Positions 40,801 to 64,000 of a stretch of 64,000 nt of DNA are shown here, one piece after another (position 1 is the stretch's first letter; each line of letters starts with the position of its first letter). Where the stretch lies: positions 1,240,001 to 1,304,000 of the forward strand of contig NW_025964113.1 in NCBI RefSeq assembly GCF_023055435.1, in the 5' to 3' direction. The stretch is from Haliotis rufescens (taxonomy: Eukaryota). Both the position numbers and the translations under genes were made by a program. A model generated the notes under the pieces. That model was not told where the DNA came from. It saw nothing but the letters and a program-made list of their open reading frames with translations, and did not search any database.

Positions 40801-42219
40801 CAGCCACCTTACCAAGGTGTGGCATCCCTAATTACCCAGTTATTTTATCACCGTTCTATAACTACCCTGGATTTCAGCCAGATTTGGATGTCATGATGCC
40901 ACAATAGCTGTCCAATCAAATGACTCTTAGGAGAACTTCTGTGCGACAGGAGAAAAGAAATCATTTCCAAAACTAAGCTGTGGTGGCCAATTTGTACATT
41001 TTGTTTGTTTGTTGTTTAACGCTGCACTCAGCAATATTCCAGTTATATCTGTAAGTAATCGAGTCTGGACCAGACAATCCAGTGATTGACATCATGAGCA
41101 TTGATCCACACAATTGGGATACGATGACATGCATCAACCAAGTCAGCGAGCCTGACCACCTGATCCCCGTTAGTCGCCTCTTATGACAAGCACAGTCACC
41201 TTTTACGGCAAGCATGGGTTGCTGAAGACCTATTCTACCCCAGATCTTCATGGGTCCAATTTGTAAAGGGGATTTATCATCATAGAAAGGTGATACAATA
41301 CACTGGATATCAAGGCGTGTCAGAGTGTTTGCTGCAACTTGTTGAACACCACACTCTGCAATATTCCAGTTATACAACGGTGGCCTGTAAGTATGTGAGC
41401 CTAGAAAAGACAATCCAGTGATCGATATTATGAGCAATGATCCCAGCCGTCTGGGTATGACAGGCATAAAAACCAAGTCTCCGAGACTGATCACCTGATC
41501 CATTAAGCAGTCTCTCCTAACCAGCATAGGTCGCTAAGGACCAATTCTAACTCACAATGCCCACAGGGATACTCAATTTGTAACAGTTGTATGTAATGTA
41601 ACTGGATGTTTTTAGGAACAAGCACATACCACAGACCTTCCAGATTTTCACTGGTCTCTGAACCAGTAGACCAGTGGCTATGTAGCCCTAGGCAAATTTA
41701 ACATTTGGTTGCATGACTTGCTTTGTCAAACTGGGTTCTTTTTTTTTTCCAATGTCAGGACAGCTTCCAGTGGACAATACATATAATCATTTGAGACTAA
41801 CTGATAATCAACTTACCCATGACCTCTTCAGGAGGGCCATAATCTTGCCAGCCCCCACCCCCACCACCACGTCCACCTCGACCTAAAAACAAAAAGATGT
41901 GATCAACATTCTGCAGACATGGTGTTTGTTAAGAACAGGCACACCTTACTCCATAACTAACTGGGGACTTCTCCTTTCCCTATAAGCAATGAAATAACAA
42001 TTTCTATACCCAAATACTTGCAAGTACAGTCGGCTTGACAGAGCACTTACTTAGGATCTATTTGACAGTCTTACCTCCTCTACCCCTGAAGCCTCCCCCG
42101 CCTCCTCTTCCTCGAAAGCCTCCTCCTCTGTCGCCACCACCACGGTAGCCACCTCCTCCCCCTCCACCACGGAAACCTCCTCCTCGACCTCCCCCTCTTC
42201 CACCACCAGGAAAGCCCAT
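37882..42219 (-). CDS. GAR1: H/ACA ribonucleoprotein complex subunit 1 (GAR1), 225 aa
   Basis: Minus-strand exons 42219-42075, 41882-41817, 40719-40571, 39596-39537, 39204-39102 and 38036-37882 total 678 nt with consistent phases. N- and C-terminal RGG/FRGG domains flank the GAR1 core ([63 protein letters not shown]). Confidence 0.96.
38700..39120. repeat. 70-bp minisatellite (6 copies) spanning the GAR1 exon 5 donor
   Basis: Minus-strand GAG|GTATGT with the G of GT at 39101, 39031, 38961, 38891, 38821 and 38751. Confidence 0.95.
39597..40570 (-). other. U12-type (minor spliceosome) GT-AG intron in GAR1
   Basis: 5' splice site GTATCCTTTT (40570-40561); branch sequence TCCTTAAC (39613-39606) only 9 nt from the 3' end; no long polypyrimidine tract; phase 0 between ...SIKDF and YFSVKL... 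Confidence 0.92.
40997..41256 (-). mobile_element. SINE-like family A, full length, in a GAR1 intron
   Basis: 9-bp TSD CAATTTGTA (40988-40996 and 41257-41265). Confidence 0.92.
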
Positions 42220-43001
42220 ATTTCACAGATGACCTGAAAACAAATTGAAAAGTTGTCAGCACGAAGTAAACAGTTTCATGTGGATCAGTGGATGATTCTG
42301 TGTTTGTTTAACTTTCATTTAAAAGTTTGTAATTGTGAGACAATGAATAAAGAGAGTTTATCGATGTCAACTTCTTTTTTATGAGGAACACAATGTTTTG
42401 GAATATCAGGTGAGGGAGTAAGTAGATACTCCAAAAGTTGTGTTCCTCATAATAAAGAAGTTAGAATCCATAATTTCTATTTACAATCTGCAAACATGGC
42501 AAACGGAAGAATTGTTTCATAGGCATTACTTAGAAGTTGACGGAAGACAAAGTAGACATAATTTATGGACTTCATTATATATAGAGCGGTATAGTTGATA
42601 TCCATAAATTGTGTCTAATTTGGCAACAAAACGAAGAGAAACATCATAAAAAACAAGCATAGCAATACCCACTCAACACCGCTAAGGTCTAAAAAATTTC
42701 ATCTCAATTCTCATGAAACGCCATGGCGCAAAAAAACACAAAAGGAATAGTATTTTTAGGTTGCGATTATAGCATCTGTTCGCCACCCAAAGGAGAAGAG
42801 AACAATTTCCAAAGTGCGGCTCCGAAGAGGTAAAATGATCAATCGGTCCTGTGCTAGGAGATCAAGAAAACATAATACGGTGCATATTTCTGACAACAGT
42901 CCAATAATTGTTGGTCCTTACTAAAGAACGAAAACCTACAATATGTATGACTAAATACCAAAGACGATGCGAGTTGTTGGTGCTTTAATAACCATACTCA
43001 C

Positions 43002-43349
43002 GATAAACTTGTTTTGTTTTCGCACGTGGTTCAAGCTTAAATCGTGCGCATGTCTAGTCCGGATAACAATAAGTCGTAAAAAAACCCAAATTATACAACA
43101 GAACCAGTTAACTATAATTAGATACCAAAACCTCGTTCAAGTGGAAATTAAAGTGTTTTGATGCACATTTTACTGAACATGACCCACAATAAAATGTGTA
43201 TTAAGCACTAACAATTGAGCGACACACCGGAAGCCGGTTCATTATAACCGGCGTTTACCCAACGTCCAAGTTGGGATGAAATACAACTGTCTTTGAAAAA
43301 AGAAATTCTTGGTCTTACCCATATTGTAGACAGGGCTTGGAAGATAAAA
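43002..43349. promoter_or_regulatory. Probable bidirectional promoter and 5' UTRs of GAR1 and DDX46
   Basis: GAR1 needs a non-coding first exon (acceptor at 42234, 14 nt before the ATG); a minus-strand GTGAGT donor starts at 43001 and the DDX46 ATG is at 43350. The interval is repeat-free and relatively CpG-rich, with CACGTG (43023-43028), TGCGCATG (43045-43052) and ACCGGAAG (43226-43233). Confidence 0.7.
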
Positions 43350-63893
<20,544 letters not shown>

Positions 63894-64000
63894 GTAAGTG
63901 TTAAGATTCAGAAAAATTGGTTTCTTTCGTTTTCTTTCCATTTTTTCATCCCAAGTTGTCCATTGACTTCCATCCATAAACATTTTATTTTATATTGCCA

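Noticed and set aside
40973-41527. Recurring ORFs of the [13 protein letters not shown] type as a gene family
   Set aside because: They are translations of family A SINE copies bounded by TSDs, with inconsistent frames.

Overview
AT-rich, intron-rich animal genomic DNA with two N-gaps. The SINE and Helentron inventory points to a mollusc, probably a gastropod such as abalone (inference). Three spliced protein-coding genes were reconstructed by hand with consistent intron phases: a PH-RhoGAP-coiled-coil gene of the ARHGAP22/24/25 family (+, 8722-21694), GAR1 (-, 42219-37882, with one U12-type minor intron), and the first 13 coding exons of DDX46/Prp5 (+, 43350 to beyond the window end), arranged head-to-head with GAR1. 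The remainder is a dense mobile-element mosaic: four SINE families sharing one 3' tail, a CORE-like SINE, a decayed DIRS tyrosine-recombinase retrotransposon, a decayed pogo/Fot-like DD35D transposase with a PHD-like finger, a Helentron-type non-autonomous element carrying a 172-bp array, and several MITEs. Best leads: (1) a candidate poison cassette exon with four in-frame TGA codons and near-ideal splice signals in DDX46 intron 11; (2) a SINE family with no tRNA head whose exactly defined 5' end can fold into a multi-stem, pseudoknotted RNA; (3) minisatellites that multiply real splice sites in both GAR1 and DDX46; (4) a minisatellite that arose inside one terminal repeat of the DIRS element. 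Most short ORFs in the supplied track are SINE, repeat or antisense artefacts. No database searches were possible; family names rest on motif recognition.
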